A DNA stretch of 64,000 nt from Eledone cirrhosa. Its lineage: Eukaryota. A model generated the notes under the pieces. That model searched no databases. It worked only from the letters and a program-made list of their open reading frames with translations, and was not told where the DNA came from. The position numbers were made by a program, and so were the translations under genes. The DNA is taken from the NCBI GenBank assembly GCA_964016885.1, contig OZ024748.1, positions 14,508,001 to 14,572,000 on the forward strand, written 5' to 3'. Shown here in pieces: positions 1-12,054 of this stretch (its first letter is position 1; each line of letters starts with the position of its first letter).

Positions 1-99
1 TAAGGTTTTTTTAAAAATAATTTTGAAAATGTTTCTTAGATAAAAGATGGGAAATGGAAACTAGAAGGATCTTAAGAGTGCAGGGAGTTCATAAACTGA

Positions 100-465
100 A
101 GTGGGGTGATGATGATAGGTGGGTGGGTTGATGGTGATGGCAAGGGTGTTGATGGTTGTGGCGTGGTGGCGATGGGAGGGTTTCTTGATGATGGGGGTGG
201 GTGATGCTGGCAGTGATAGGAAGTGATGATGATGGGAAGTGACTCTGGTGAGAGGCGATGCTGATGTTTAAGGGAAATGATGCTGTTGGTTGAGGGAGGT
301 GCTGGTGATGATTGAGGGAGGTGCTGCTGACAGGAGGTGATGATGATGATTATGGGAAGGGATGCTGATCGTTATGGGAAGGGATGCTGATCGTTATGGT
401 AAGTGATGCTGATGGTTAAGGGAAGTGATGCTGCTGGTTGCTGATGATGGTGGTGGTGGTGAGAC
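100..465. repeat. G/T-rich low-complexity tract with a 21-bp tandem unit
   Basis: ttatgggaagggatgctgatcg is repeated at about 351-415. Confidence 0.75.
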
Positions 466-1142
466 AATAATGAAAATAGAGGGACCATAAGAATGAAGTG
501 AGTTCATACACTGGGAGTAGTTAATGTGATGGTGATGTGGGGGATGCAATAATGAAAATAGAGTGTATAAATTTGGATTGAAATGACAAAAAAGCCAGCA
601 GTGATAGCAAGAATAATGATATTAGTGAAGTAAGGATAATGCTGACAGCAGAGTTTTTTTAAAATATAGTGAAGAAGTGAAAATGCTGACTGTTTAGATG
701 TTAAAAACAGACAGTGGTATGTTCTGAACATGTGTATACACACACATTATATATATATATATATATATAGATATACATACATATGCATACATGCATACAT
801 ACAGGCATACAAGAGCGGTAACCTTTTTGATGCCAACCTGCTTGAAACCAGCATTGGTTCTATGATACAAAGCTGTTTATTTTGAAGTATTTATATTTAT
901 TGTAGCTGCAATTCAAAAGATTGGCCTTGATACATGACTGGGAAATGCTTGGCCACAGGTATGTTAATTTCATATACAGGCTGTTGCACTGTTTGAACAA
1001 CTGGAACCACCAGAATTCTAACATACATAGGACTGGATTTTCTCTTGTTGAGGCCCTAAGCTATATGAAATTTGAGCCCCCTCTCTAAAAAATGTTAAGG
1101 TTAATGAGAAAGACGAAATTATATATATATGTGTGTGTGTGT

Positions 1143-1290
1143 TTTGGCATTAGGAAGGACATCTAGCCATAGACACGAAGCCAAAATCAGTTCTGTGTGA
1201 GAGAAACACAATCCTCTGATCTGATCTCTCACAAAAGGACAGCCCGTCCAACCCATGCTAGAATGGAAAATGGATGTTAAACCATGATGA
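1143..1290 (+). mobile_element. SINE 3' fragment with RTE tail
   Basis: ggcattaggaaggacatctagc..cccgtccaacccatgctag..atgatgat. A similar copy is at 43525-43735. Confidence 0.6.
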
Positions 1291-1521
1291 TATACATATA
1301 TATATATTGCACCTCTCAACGTGATGACACATGACCGTGACCTCTGGCATCACGCAGTAATACAGAAGACCTAACTTCCTACAGGGACAAGCCAAAGCCG
1401 AAGCATATAGACAATATGCCCCCATCCCCTCCCACTGAAAAGTGGTCGTGGAGGTGTCATGACAAAAAAGCACCTAACCCATGCTAGTGTGGAAGAATGG
1501 ATGTGTGATGATGATGATGAT

Positions 1522-1863
1522 ATCATCATCATCATCATTTTACGTCCGCTTTTCCCTGCTTGCAAGGGTGGGATGGGAACTGATTCTGGCTTGATTTCTA
1601 CGGCTGGATGCCCTTCCTAACACCAACCTCATTTACAGTGAGTGCTGGGTGCTTTTTTTTACCGTGGCACCTCCACGACCACTTTGCAGTGGAATGATAT
1701 CGACCCCAGTCCCTATCATCTCATTTCTACAGCTGAGTAAACTGGAGCAATGTGAAATAAAGTGTCTTGCTCAAGGAAACAACACATGACCCGGTCTGAG
1801 AATTGAACTCACAACCTTTCGATTGCAAGGCCAATGCTCTAACCACTAAGCCATGTGCCTCCA
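1522..1863 (-). mobile_element. Full-length SINE, same family as 60449-60784
   Basis: The reverse complement aligns by eye over its whole length with 60449-60784. Confidence 0.85.
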
Positions 1864-3409
1864 TCTAAGCCATGTGTCTCCATATATATATGGAGGCACA
1901 TATATATATATGTTTGAAAACTAATGATAAAATAAAAATATATTTTTAAAATGAGACTCTAATGGGGGTGTGGTTGTAAGCTATAGTTTATTTAGTTTAA
2001 AGATAAGTCAAGCATTGAACCTATATATTTAAAGACCTTCAAATAATTTATGTAAAATCCTTTCTATCACAGCATAATATACACAGTAACTGTGTCTAAT
2101 ATACACAATCACTGTGTTTAATATACTGTGCCATCTGAATATGAAACACTGCCTTAAATCCAACAGGTGAATGTTACTCTCCAAAATACATTAACCAAAC
2201 AAGACATATATTTCGAAAGTCATGCTAGGATATTAATCATAGCATTTAAAGAATGGCAGAAGTGTGGGCGATGGGTGGTGAGGAGTGAGGAATGGCAGAA
2301 TATTAATGAAAAAGTATTTTGTTTAATCAAAATTTTGGCAGGATAAATAATTAAATATGACAGAATATTTATGCATTTATTGCATTCACTGTTCTATCTC
2401 CATAACTGTTCAATTCTCCATAATACTGGAGAAAATTAATGCTTGTAAAATATCCACAAAATGGGATGTCAACTCATTACATACATGAGGGAGAAATAAA
2501 CAACAACACATAATTATTCACTTCTTTTCATAATGTGGTATTTAGTTGTTTTATTATTAATTGCTTTTTCAATTTTCTAATTCCTATTTTCTATTTTCTT
2601 TTTGCTTCCTCCTCCATCCCTCTCATTTATCTTTTTCTCTCTTTACTCTCTTCAAAGCATTTGCAATGGATCAGCATTTTTAAATTCCATTATTGATCTG
2701 CAACAGCAACAAATACTTTCAATTGAATAACATTACACTTTAAAAATCCTCTGTGGATCATCTCACTGTTGTACACACATAGATAGATCATTGCCATCTG
2801 TATAATAATTATTCAATATTACACAGGTTGAATTATTCAGCAAGCTTTTTTATTTAATTTTTTTTATTTTTCTTTTTTTTTGTCAAAATTGAATAAAATC
2901 ATTGAAGCACTTTTCTTGAAATCCCTCTTACAAAGCCATTATTTAAGGCTTAAAGTCAGTGAAGGATGTAGTTTTAGTGTCTCTAAATCCAATAATGCTC
3001 TCACGTTTAATGTTGTTCTTCCCTCACCCCCCATCACCAACCACCACCCCACCATTATATTCTTTTGAATTACAAATTTTAATGTTTTAGCAGAGAGGAA
3101 ATTAAGGAGCTCTAAATTTAAATAGTTCTGAAGTAAAACAAATATGTGATGTTGAGGTAGACTAATGTTCAATGAAAGAAAATTAATCTAAGGTTAATGC
3201 AAATGATGGGGAGCTAATTTCTGAAACAAAAGAATGGTTTATGTTATGTTTTTCAAGAAATAAACAGTTCGTCCAGAAAAAGTATAAAGAAAAACATGTG
3301 GTTGAAAATAAATGTGATTTTAGAAACTGTTGTTAGTGTGTAAGACATAATGACTGGCAGTACTTGTTTCTGGCTAATGATACTCTCAGATCAAATCTTG
3401 CAATAGTCA

Positions 3410-3640
3410 ACTTTCTTCTTCTTCTTCTTTGACCACTTATTCCTGGAAAGGTCATGGGGCAGAATTTACAAGTATGCCTTCCAGCACGAACTGTCAGAAG
3501 CAACCATCTCCAATTGATCTGGCTGGATCCCAAAGCGAGACAAACTGTGTTCATGGATGTTATCAAACCATTTTGCTTGAGGGGTCTCCTACTATTTGAT
3601 TTTGCCCATAAAACCTGTTCAGCAATTCTTTCCTGAAACA
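3410..3640 (-). mobile_element. LINE 3' end with (GAA)n tail (RTE-like, third family)
   Basis: Tail ...ccccatgacc(ct/tt)ctcaggaataagtgg..aagaagaag. The same family recurs at about 35635-35860(+), 41260-41462(+), 56490-56620(+) and 60855-60915(+). Confidence 0.6.
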
Positions 3641-3759
3641 TTGTAACATGTTCATAATATTGGAGCTGTGATCTCTTAATTCAGAGAAGTATTGGTTCTA
3701 CCTGGAGCAACTCTCTGACCTTAAAACTACACAGTCTATCAAGTAATGTTGCTCTAAAT

Positions 3760-3975
3760 AAGTTTACTGTGCATGGTTGGTTTACGAAATCAGTGTTGCT
3801 CTGGAACCCTGACTCCAGCTTGACTAGGAGTAGGAAACTGTCATTCCCTGACGTTATCTCTAGGGATATGGGAATCAATAGACGGGACCTGGGGGCAGCG
3901 ATGGGGGACAGGGAATTCTGGGGCATGAGGGTGAGATCCATCATCTCGACAGTAGTCGATGAATGATGATGATGA
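3760..3975 (+). mobile_element. RTE LINE 3' end (second family)
   Basis: VLLWNP..RSRKLSFPDVISRDMG..DLGAAMGDREFW is a typical RTE ORF C-terminus, followed by (GAT)n. Confidence 0.7.
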
Positions 3976-4224
3976 TATATATATATAAACACACAGGCAT
4001 ATATATTCAGGATATATATCTATATATGAATACATATTGACAGAGTTTTCTGAGTGTTTTGTTTATAGGTTAAGGCAATCAATGATCTTATTTACATGCA
4101 CAAGCACATATAGGGTCTAATCATAGGAGTACTCAATGCAGAGTGGTTGTAGAGACACTGCTTGGCACAACGGTCAGGATTTTTCATATCTATGTATCGC
4201 TCTCTCTCTCTATATATATATATA

Positions 4225-4267
<43 letters not shown>

Positions 4268-4273
<6 letters not shown>

Positions 4274-4503
4274 AGATGGCGTAGGACAGAACAAAGGAGA
4301 GGCACAAAACAAAGAGAAGAATCCCCAGTCACTGAAGAGGTCACAGAATGTGTGGCGAAAGAACTGTGACAATATATGAACAACCATCCGGTTGTAGGAA
4401 CCAACCAACCAACCGGAAATTTATAAATTTAATTTATAATAAATTGGAGTGAAAGCAACTGGTGCGTGTGTTTCTTATTGGCAACATGAGCCTCACAAAG
4501 TAT

Positions 4504-4510
<7 letters not shown>
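4268..4510 (+). mobile_element. TA-embedded repeat with hammerhead-like 5' core
   Basis: gtca-CTGAAGA (4332-4338)-gtcaca/tgtggc-GAAA (4357-4360)..tgac. The 3' part is shared with 26331-26485. Confidence 0.5.
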
Positions 4511-4545
<35 letters not shown>

Positions 4546-5389
4546 ATATATTCTATTAATCCTCATTCTCTAATGAGCTGTAGCCAACAAGTGAATTAGT
4601 AGCGAGTGCATGGGAATTGAACAACTAAATATTTTCATTCTTGTCTTCTGTAGGGATTATAACACAATTGATATAAGTGAATAAATGTATGTATGTATGG
4701 GTGTATGTATGTATGTGTGTGTGTGTATGTATGTATGTATATATGTCTGTGTTTATGTATGTATGTGTGTACGTATATTCATAGGAAGCTAGGTTTTCTG
4801 TTGTGAGCTGTTGTGTGTTTGTATGAATATTTCTGCAGAGTTATCAAATACCAATGATATTGTAAAAATAAGCACAAATTCCATTTCTCATTAAATGATT
4901 AAAATTCTTATTCTATTCAATATTAAAACACTTTTCATAATTTCTCAAATATAAACAACTCAGCATGCATCTCTTTTCTTTTTTTCTTTTTTTTCTTGAA
5001 TAGCGTTAATTAATGTTTATTTTCCCTGATTATTCTTAAGAAAATTTAAAATTAACATATGCTATAGATTTCCATTTTGTTTTTTTAATTTGAATGTTTT
5101 GTTTATTCTAAAGTCTAAATCTAAAGTCTGTCTTGATATCTCCTTTCTTTTTTTCCTTCTCTCCTTAACTCCTGTTGAAGGGGCAATGACAGGAACATGG
5201 CATAAACATACAATCTTGTTTGATGAAGAAAGTCATTTTATTAGACTTTCTATTTCCTCTCTAACTGTCATTATAGTTTCTTTTCCATCTATATTACTGG
5301 ATAATGCCAAAGATTTCGATCCTGTGTCATTGTTTTTGAGAGGTGTAATTGTGCAAGGTCAGCTTTTATCACCTCATCCTAGGTCTTCC

Positions 5390-5974
5390 TACTCCATAGC
5401 TTCTGTTAAATTTGATAGCCCTGTACTTTTTTTTATACAACTGTCATCCTTCATACCATACCAATCCAATCTCCTCTCTAGCATCCTACATCTGATACCT
5501 CTTATACTCAATTTTTCTCTCTGTTCATTTATGCTTTGCCATGCTTTCCACATCCATCAAAACATGTGGGCTTCATTTCTTTCCAATCTTTGCAATTCTT
5601 CTGCTCACAGTGCCCAGGTCTCACTACCATGCAACATTTTTGTTCATATACATGCATCATACACTCTGCCCTTCATTTTAAGGAAAAAGCCTTTTGTAGC
5701 TAGCAGCAGTAGTAGCATCCTGTTCTTACTCTGGCTATGGTACTTTTGGAACAACCTCCTCCACTGCTGATTTGTTCTCCCATCTAATGGAAACTGTTGA
5801 CTCTTTCTACAGAGCTGTCTGGGCATTTAAAGGAGCTAGTATCCTGTGGGAATTCACTACTTACTGCACCTGTGCATCGGTCGCATATAAAACCTACTTT
5901 CTTTGATAGCCTGCCTCTGATCCCACTACATCTTTTATGTACCCATAACGTGAATTTTGAACATAGGATGGAAT
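5390..5974 (-). mobile_element. Degenerate RTE LINE fragment
   Basis: Minus-strand frames give SILCSKFTLWVHKRCSGI..FICDRCTG and LLATKGFFLKMKGRVYDAC, homologous to the 5988-6780 copy. Confidence 0.8.
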
Positions 5975-5987
5975 ATATATATACATA

Positions 5988-6780
5988 TATTCCATAAAAT
6001 GTACGCAATGCAGATTATGGGTACACAAGTGGGATAGCGGGCAAACTAACAGGTAGGGAAAACTACGTATGCAGTAGATGTATAGGGAAAGTTGGCAGTA
6101 GTAATCGCATTGATAGACACATTTATCCAATGCAGGTGGATTCTATATAAGTGGTTGATAGCTTCCGGTACCTAGGTGATCAGATTAGCATGGGAAGGGG
6201 GGGGGGTTCCGAGGTCATAGTATCTAGAATGAGGACAGGTTGGAAGAAGTTTAGGGAGCTGCTTCCTCTGTTGACAAAGAAGGGTTTCTCCCTGCTTATG
6301 AAAGGATGGTTATATGATGCCTGTGTGAGATGCGCGCTGCTGCAATGTAGTGAGACATGGGTAGAAACTGCAGAGGATATGTGATGGCTGGAGAGAAATG
6401 AAGCAAGCATGCTCTGTTGGATGTGCAATGTCAATGTGCGTGAACGACCAAGCATAGACGAGTTGAGAAAGAAACTGGGTATAAGAGGGATAAGTTGTGG
6501 TGTGCAGGAGAGAAGACTGAGATGGTATGGACATGTGATGCGCATGGAGGATGACCGCTGAGTAAAGAAGTGCCAAGAAATCCCTGTAGAAGGAAGACGC
6601 AGTAGAGAGAGGTAGACCACAAAAACATGGGCGGAGGTGGTGAGAGCAGACCTCAGATCGCTAAAACTCACGGAGGAGATGACGAAGGACCGTGACAAGT
6701 GGAGGTATGCTGTGCTGAATAGGACCCGTCCAACCCATGCAAGCAGGGAAAAGTGAACGTATGATGATGATGATGATGAT
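5988..6780 (+). mobile_element. 5'-truncated RTE-clade LINE (Cys/His finger, RT C-terminus, 3' tail), inactivated
   Basis: SIKCTQCRLWVHK..YVCSRC, then DSFRYLGDQI, GWKKFRELLPLL, LYDACVR..SETW, RRLRWYGHVMRM, KTWAEVVRADL, DRDKWR. In-frame stops. Ends in a (GAT)n tail. Confidence 0.9.
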
Positions 6781-7073
6781 ATGGCAACCCACTTCACTAC
6801 TGGATAGACGTGCCTGGCCACCAGCATATCACATGTAACAGAAATATATATCATGCAACAAAATATTATGGTAAATTAATCCTGTCTTAATTACCATTAT
6901 TTGATAAATGAATACTCCGTGACTCATAATCACCTACCTGGGATAAACTACTGATGTGAAGGGCTTTGGATCGCTAGGACCTACTTATCCTCAAGAAGTT
7001 ACAACATAACAATTAAGATAAACAACACTCTTCTGCAACTATACACATACACACACATATATATATATATATA

Positions 7074-7306
7074 TAATGTATAAAATCAATACAATATAAT
7101 TACCTCATTACCAGAGGTTTCCCGAATGAGGCGAATACGAAATAAACGACTTCATTCGTTCGTCAGACGAGGCAATATTTATTACCTCGTCTGAGGCAAT
7201 ATTATTGCCTCGTCTGACGAACGAATGAAGTCGTTTATTTAGTATTCGCCTCATTCGGGAAACCTCTGGTAATGAGGTAATTATATTGTATTGATTTTAT
7301 ACATTA
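7074..7306. mobile_element. Fold-back element with head-to-head minimal hammerhead ribozymes (Penelope-like pLTR remnant)
   Basis: About 100-bp near-perfect inverted arms. Plus strand: CTGACGA 7214-7220, stem II cgaatga/tcattcg, GAAAC-C-TCT-G-GTA 7259-7271, stem I caatattattgcctcgt/atgaggtaattatattg. Mirror copy on the minus strand. Follows (TA)n. Confidence 0.8.
7197..7288 (+). ncRNA. Type I hammerhead ribozyme motif, predicted cleavage after GUA at 7271
   Basis: Core boxes CUGACGA and GAAA, GUA triplet, 17-bp stem I with one mismatch. The base of stem II is an A.G mismatch. Confidence 0.7.
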
Positions 7307-7969
7307 AATTTTGCTCTGATATTTACATAGAGCACTCTTCATTTCTATGACCTTTTCTGTTTCCAACTGAAATTTCAATACTTATATATATATATATAGA
7401 CATATATATATTGTACACGCACATCCATAGGCCCTGAACTCCTGAGTTGTTGGGGATGTTTTATTGTCATAAAGCATGACTTGAGCCTTTGAAATGTTTT
7501 GGACCTCATCCACTTCCAGGTCTCAACACAACCAATTTCTTCCAAAGAAAGAAAGAACAAGAGGGTGAGAAAGAAAGATGGAAGAAGAATTGACCCCACT
7601 ACTAGACTGGTACTTTGTTTTTCAACCTCAAAAGGATAATAGGCAAAGTTGAACTCAGAATTTGCACTTGGGTCACTGGCAGCTGGAACAAATACCACAA
7701 TGCATTCTATTCAATGTTTTAACGACTCTGTCAATTTGCCACCTGGAGATATTTTAGCAGAGCATAAAATCTAAAGTGAAATATCTGTTGATTGCTACTT
7801 CAGTAGTTTCTTGTAACTCTAAGTTGATTCCTCCCTCAATATTCTTGCTGTTAGTGCTATAAAATTTCCCATTAGATAATAGCTACATCTCTTCACACAC
7901 ATGCATATATACACGTATACATCTAGTGTATTGCAGTTACCATTTTTACTATTATTATTACCCCCTACA

Positions 7970-8184
7970 GGGGTGGTGAATTGGCAGTATAGAGGATGGT
8001 GAATTGGCAGTATCGGTAGAGGGTCGGACGCCATGCTTTGCAGCACAGTTACGTCCCTTTACGGACTCAGTTCAAATCCCGCCGAGGTTAACTTTGCCTT
8101 TCATCCTTACGGGGTCGATAAAATAAAGTACCAGTAATGCACTGGGTAATTGCTGGCCTTGTGTCAAAAGTAGAAACAATTATT
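7970..8184 (+). mobile_element. Short tRNA-headed SINE (GCCTTTCATCCTTACGGGGTCGATAAAATAAAGTACCAG family)
   Basis: Head ggtgaattggcagtatcggtagag, B box agttcaaatcc, conserved central block and ATT tail. Roughly 25 copies in the window. Confidence 0.85.
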
Positions 8185-8468
8185 ACCCTCTATAGGGGAA
8201 TTTTATTGTTGTAATTTTATTGTTAATTTGTTTTTACTCAGTTTTTATTGTAAACCCCCACTCTCCCTGTTTTTTTGTATTCTCCCTATATGTAGGCCCT
8301 AGTGGCCAATAAAGAAATTACTACTACTACTACTACTAATGCCAACTACTAAACAGTTTCATATAACACCACATTCCTTAATCACAGTATTTATTTATTT
8401 ATTTTTGGGGGTGTGTTGATAGAGTTTTATAATTGAAGGAGTTACTAGACATATTATGTAGTTAATAA

Positions 8469-8656
8469 GGGCGGTGAATTGGCAGTATCGGTAGAGGGTT
8501 GGATTATGCTTTCCAGCATAGTTACGTCCCTTTATGATCTGAGTTCAATTCCCGCCGACGTTAACTTTGCCTTTCATCCTTACGGGGTCGATAAAATAAA
8601 GTACCAGTAATGTACTGGGATAATTGCTGGCCTTGTGCCAAAAAGTAGAAACAATT
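8469..8656 (+). mobile_element. SINE, same family as 7970
   Basis: Near-identical to 7995-8184. Confidence 0.85.
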
Positions 8657-10232
8657 CTGTAGTTGATAAATGTATTTCCACATTCCATACCTAATTAGAC
8701 AATAAGTGATGGCACATGGCCTAATGTTTAGAGTGTTGGACTCACAATTATGAGAGGAAAAATTAAATTTACAACTTGAACCTACACAGCTTTAAATGGC
8801 CTTCTATGATGATGGATCTCATAGAAAGTTTCTCAGGTGATTTAATGATAGGGGAGGAACCAGTGTTGTTTTTAAAACTTATATCGATGTAAGTTTAGCT
8901 GGACTCATATGAAGATGTTTTAATGATAGGGCTGCCAGTCTTATGAAAAGCAACAGAAAATGTAGAACATAATGTGCTATATGGTCCAAAAATGAAACTC
9001 ACAGTCATCAGTCAAAAATCCTAACCATTAGGCTAAACTCCTTCGCCAAGATGATAAGGTCAGTGGTTTAATATCTTAACCAGGTAGTGTATTGTATTCT
9101 TAAGCAAGGCTCTTCACTTCACATTGCTTTTCATGATAAGAGTTAGGGCTCTATCATTAAAACACAAAACCTATGAGATGTAATATCATAGAAAAACTGT
9201 AACCACAACTTGAAACAAGACAAGACAACCAAGAAACTTTCTGTGATGCATCCTTTTAAAAGGCCAGTTAAACCTACATAGGTGTGAGCTGTAAATTTCA
9301 TTTTTTTTTTTTGTCTTTCATTTCAATCAGACAGTATGAATCATGTTTGGAACTTAACTTAAGAATGGTTCTTACATAAAATTAGGATGAAAGGATTTTA
9401 TATAAATATAGACAGTTTAAAATATACAGCTTTGTATCATAGAGCCAAGAGTGGTTTCAAGCAGGTTTTGGTGTCAAACATGTTAGTATTAAGAAAGGTT
9501 CTTACATAAAATTATTATGAAAGGGTTTTAAATAAATATAAACATTTAAAAATATACAGCCTTGCATCATAGAACCAAAAGTGGTTTCAAGCATGTTTTG
9601 GTAACAAAGGGATTCATATTGGAACATTACTGAAACTTAAGTCAAACTTTACAGAACACTTTTCCCACAATCATAACTGGGGAAAATAAATAAATATATG
9701 AAAATATAGGAGCCTTTAACAATACAAGACAATCAATATTTCAAATTTTTGTCTCATTGTTTTGCTTAATTTATTTGGTTCCTGTTTTATTTGAAAGTAA
9801 AGTAGTTATTTTAGTTATTTTAAAAGAAGCAGATAAAAAGTGATTGTACTGAAATTTAATTTATGTGATAATAGTAACCTTATTTTCTTGAAAATACTTC
9901 ATTTCATTATTATTATTATTATTTTGTTGTTGTTACTCTGTAACAGTAAATTAAGTGGTTCACATTAAAAGGTTAAAGAAAATAACAAAAATATTAAACA
10001 GGAATGTAACTTTTCAGAAATATATTTCTAAATATTTCAGTTTAGTGATTTTTTTTTTTAAATTTGAAATGGAAACACATTATTATAATTGGGGCTGCTT
10101 GTAAGAAGGTTATAGGTTCAAATCTAGCTGAAGGTAATTCATTATGTTTTTAGAACAATGCACTTAAGTCTACTTGGTTAACACCTAATTAAAAAGTTGT
10201 TGTCATAACTAATGGCTTTTATTATTATAGAA

Positions 10233-11110
10233 ACGGTGAGGACCGTAGATTGGCTGTATCGGCAGAGCATCAGACACCATGCTTTGAAGCATAGAGTTAT
10301 GGCCATTTATGTTCTGAGTTCAAATCCCACCGAGGTTAGCTTTGGTTTCATCCTTACGGGGTCGATAAAATAAAGCACCAGTAATACACTGGGGTTGATT
10401 TAATCAACTTTCCCTTCCCCTTCAAATTGCTGGTCCCCTGCCTAAAGTAGAAACAATTATTATAACAACGGTGGATTTTTTTGTGAGGGGGGTGGGATTG
10501 GCACATTCGTTAGAGTGTCAAGTGATATGCTTTGCAGCATATAGTTAAGACCCTTTATGTTCTGATTTCAAATCCTGCCACAGTTAGATTTGCATTTCAT
10601 CCTTATGGAGTTGATGAAATAATGTACCAGTAATGTGCTGAGGTTGAATTAATCAACTTTCTCCTCTCCCAAAATTGTTGGCCTTGAGCCTAAATGATAA
10701 ACCATTATTACAGTGGTGTGTAGGGCAGTGAATTGGCTGAAAAATAGAGACTTGGGCAAAATGCTTGTGACATTTGTTTCTGATTTCAAACCATCCTGAG
10801 GCCAACTTTGCCTTTTATCCATCTGGATTTGATAAAGCAAGGTACCAGTTAAGTACTGGGTTCAATATAATTGATTTCCTCTTCCCTTAAATTGCAGGCA
10901 TTGTGCTAAAATTGGAAATACTTATAACAGTGGTTTGTATTGCAGTATTTTGTTATGACCCTCTACATTCTGAGTTCATATCTCACGGAGATCAACTTTG
11001 CCTTTCTTCTTTCTGGGGTCCCTCAAATAAAGTACCAGTCAAGTACTGAACAATATAATTGACTTACCCCTCCCCACAAATTGCTGGTCTTGTGCCACAT
11101 TCAAAAATTA
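10233..11110 (+). mobile_element. Cluster of four head-to-tail copies of the 7970 SINE family
   Basis: The central block recurs at about 10345, 10595, 10810 and 11000 with increasing divergence. Confidence 0.75.
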
Positions 11111-11166
11111 AAAATTAGACAACAGAACAAAAGAAACCAAATGGTTTATTGTTGTATGGGTTTTGA

Positions 11167-11410
11167 AGGCTGGCAGCTTAGTAGTTAGGGTGTTTGGTCT
11201 GGAGTTCAAAGCAAGGACTAGGCAGTGCATTGTGTCCTTGAACAAGACACTTTATTTGATATTCCTCTAGTCCAATTAGCTAGGAAAACTGAGTTATATC
11301 TCTAATTCAAAGAGTCATATCACACAGTTGTGCCATACTGAGTCTCCCTGAGAACTACATTAAGTTTGCATGTGTTTGTGGAATACTCAGCAGTTAGCAT
11401 GTTAATTTCA
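11167..11410 (+). mobile_element. Degenerate CORE-like SINE
   Basis: gcttagtagttagggtg..gagttcaaa..ttgtgtccttgaacaagacactttattt..gagtctccctgagaactac. Confidence 0.55.
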
Positions 11411-11492
11411 TGTTAATCATCTTTACATATATATATGTAAAGATGATTAGCATGAAATTAACATGCTAACTGCTTAGTATTCCACAAACACA
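11371..11492. repeat. Near-perfect 122-bp palindrome centred on (AT)n
   Basis: tgtgtttgtggaatactcagcagttagcatgttaatttcatgttaatcatctttacatat followed by its reverse complement with 2 mismatches. Confidence 0.9.
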
Positions 11493-12054
11493 CCCACACA
11501 TATATATATATATATCCATGCTAGCATGGAAGGTCGACGTTAAACAATGATGATGATACTGACGTATGTATATATGAAATAATCAGACTGGCTACCCAAT
11601 CAAGTGGCTAAATCACTGGGAGTGCATTCTTCTAGGAGAAGGCAACTCAGGAAACTGTGATAACTCTGACATAAAACCTGTGGCTCAGTAGTTATCGATG
11701 ATGTTGATTTTTTCTTCTTTTCGGGTTTTAGCTACTGTCGCTCAGAGAGTGGGATTGCCTCAGTGCACAGTCTTTCCTCACTTAAAAAAAAATCTTCACA
11801 ATCAGGCATTGAACGATAGAATTAATTAATAATTATTAATAATGTTTTATCATGCAATGGCGATACTCGATAATGAGTGGGCAGCCATTATGTATATATG
11901 AAGAACTTTAAAACAGATTCCATCTACAAAGGTCATTCACTAGGCATTTATCAGACGAAAACAATAGTAGAAAATACTTGCCCAAGTTGCCAACTCTTTA
12001 ACCCTACAATCAGGCCTACATAATTGCTATGTGTTCAATACTTATTGATCCATT

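Noticed and set aside
5170-5350. Faint RNase H-like spacing on the minus strand
   Set aside because: Catalytic residues are not identifiable and an in-frame stop is present.
5090-5770. Longest ORF in the track (226 aa), and the 224-aa ORF at 6180-6854
   Set aside because: Both are largely antisense readings of RTE remnants, with no recognisable protein features.
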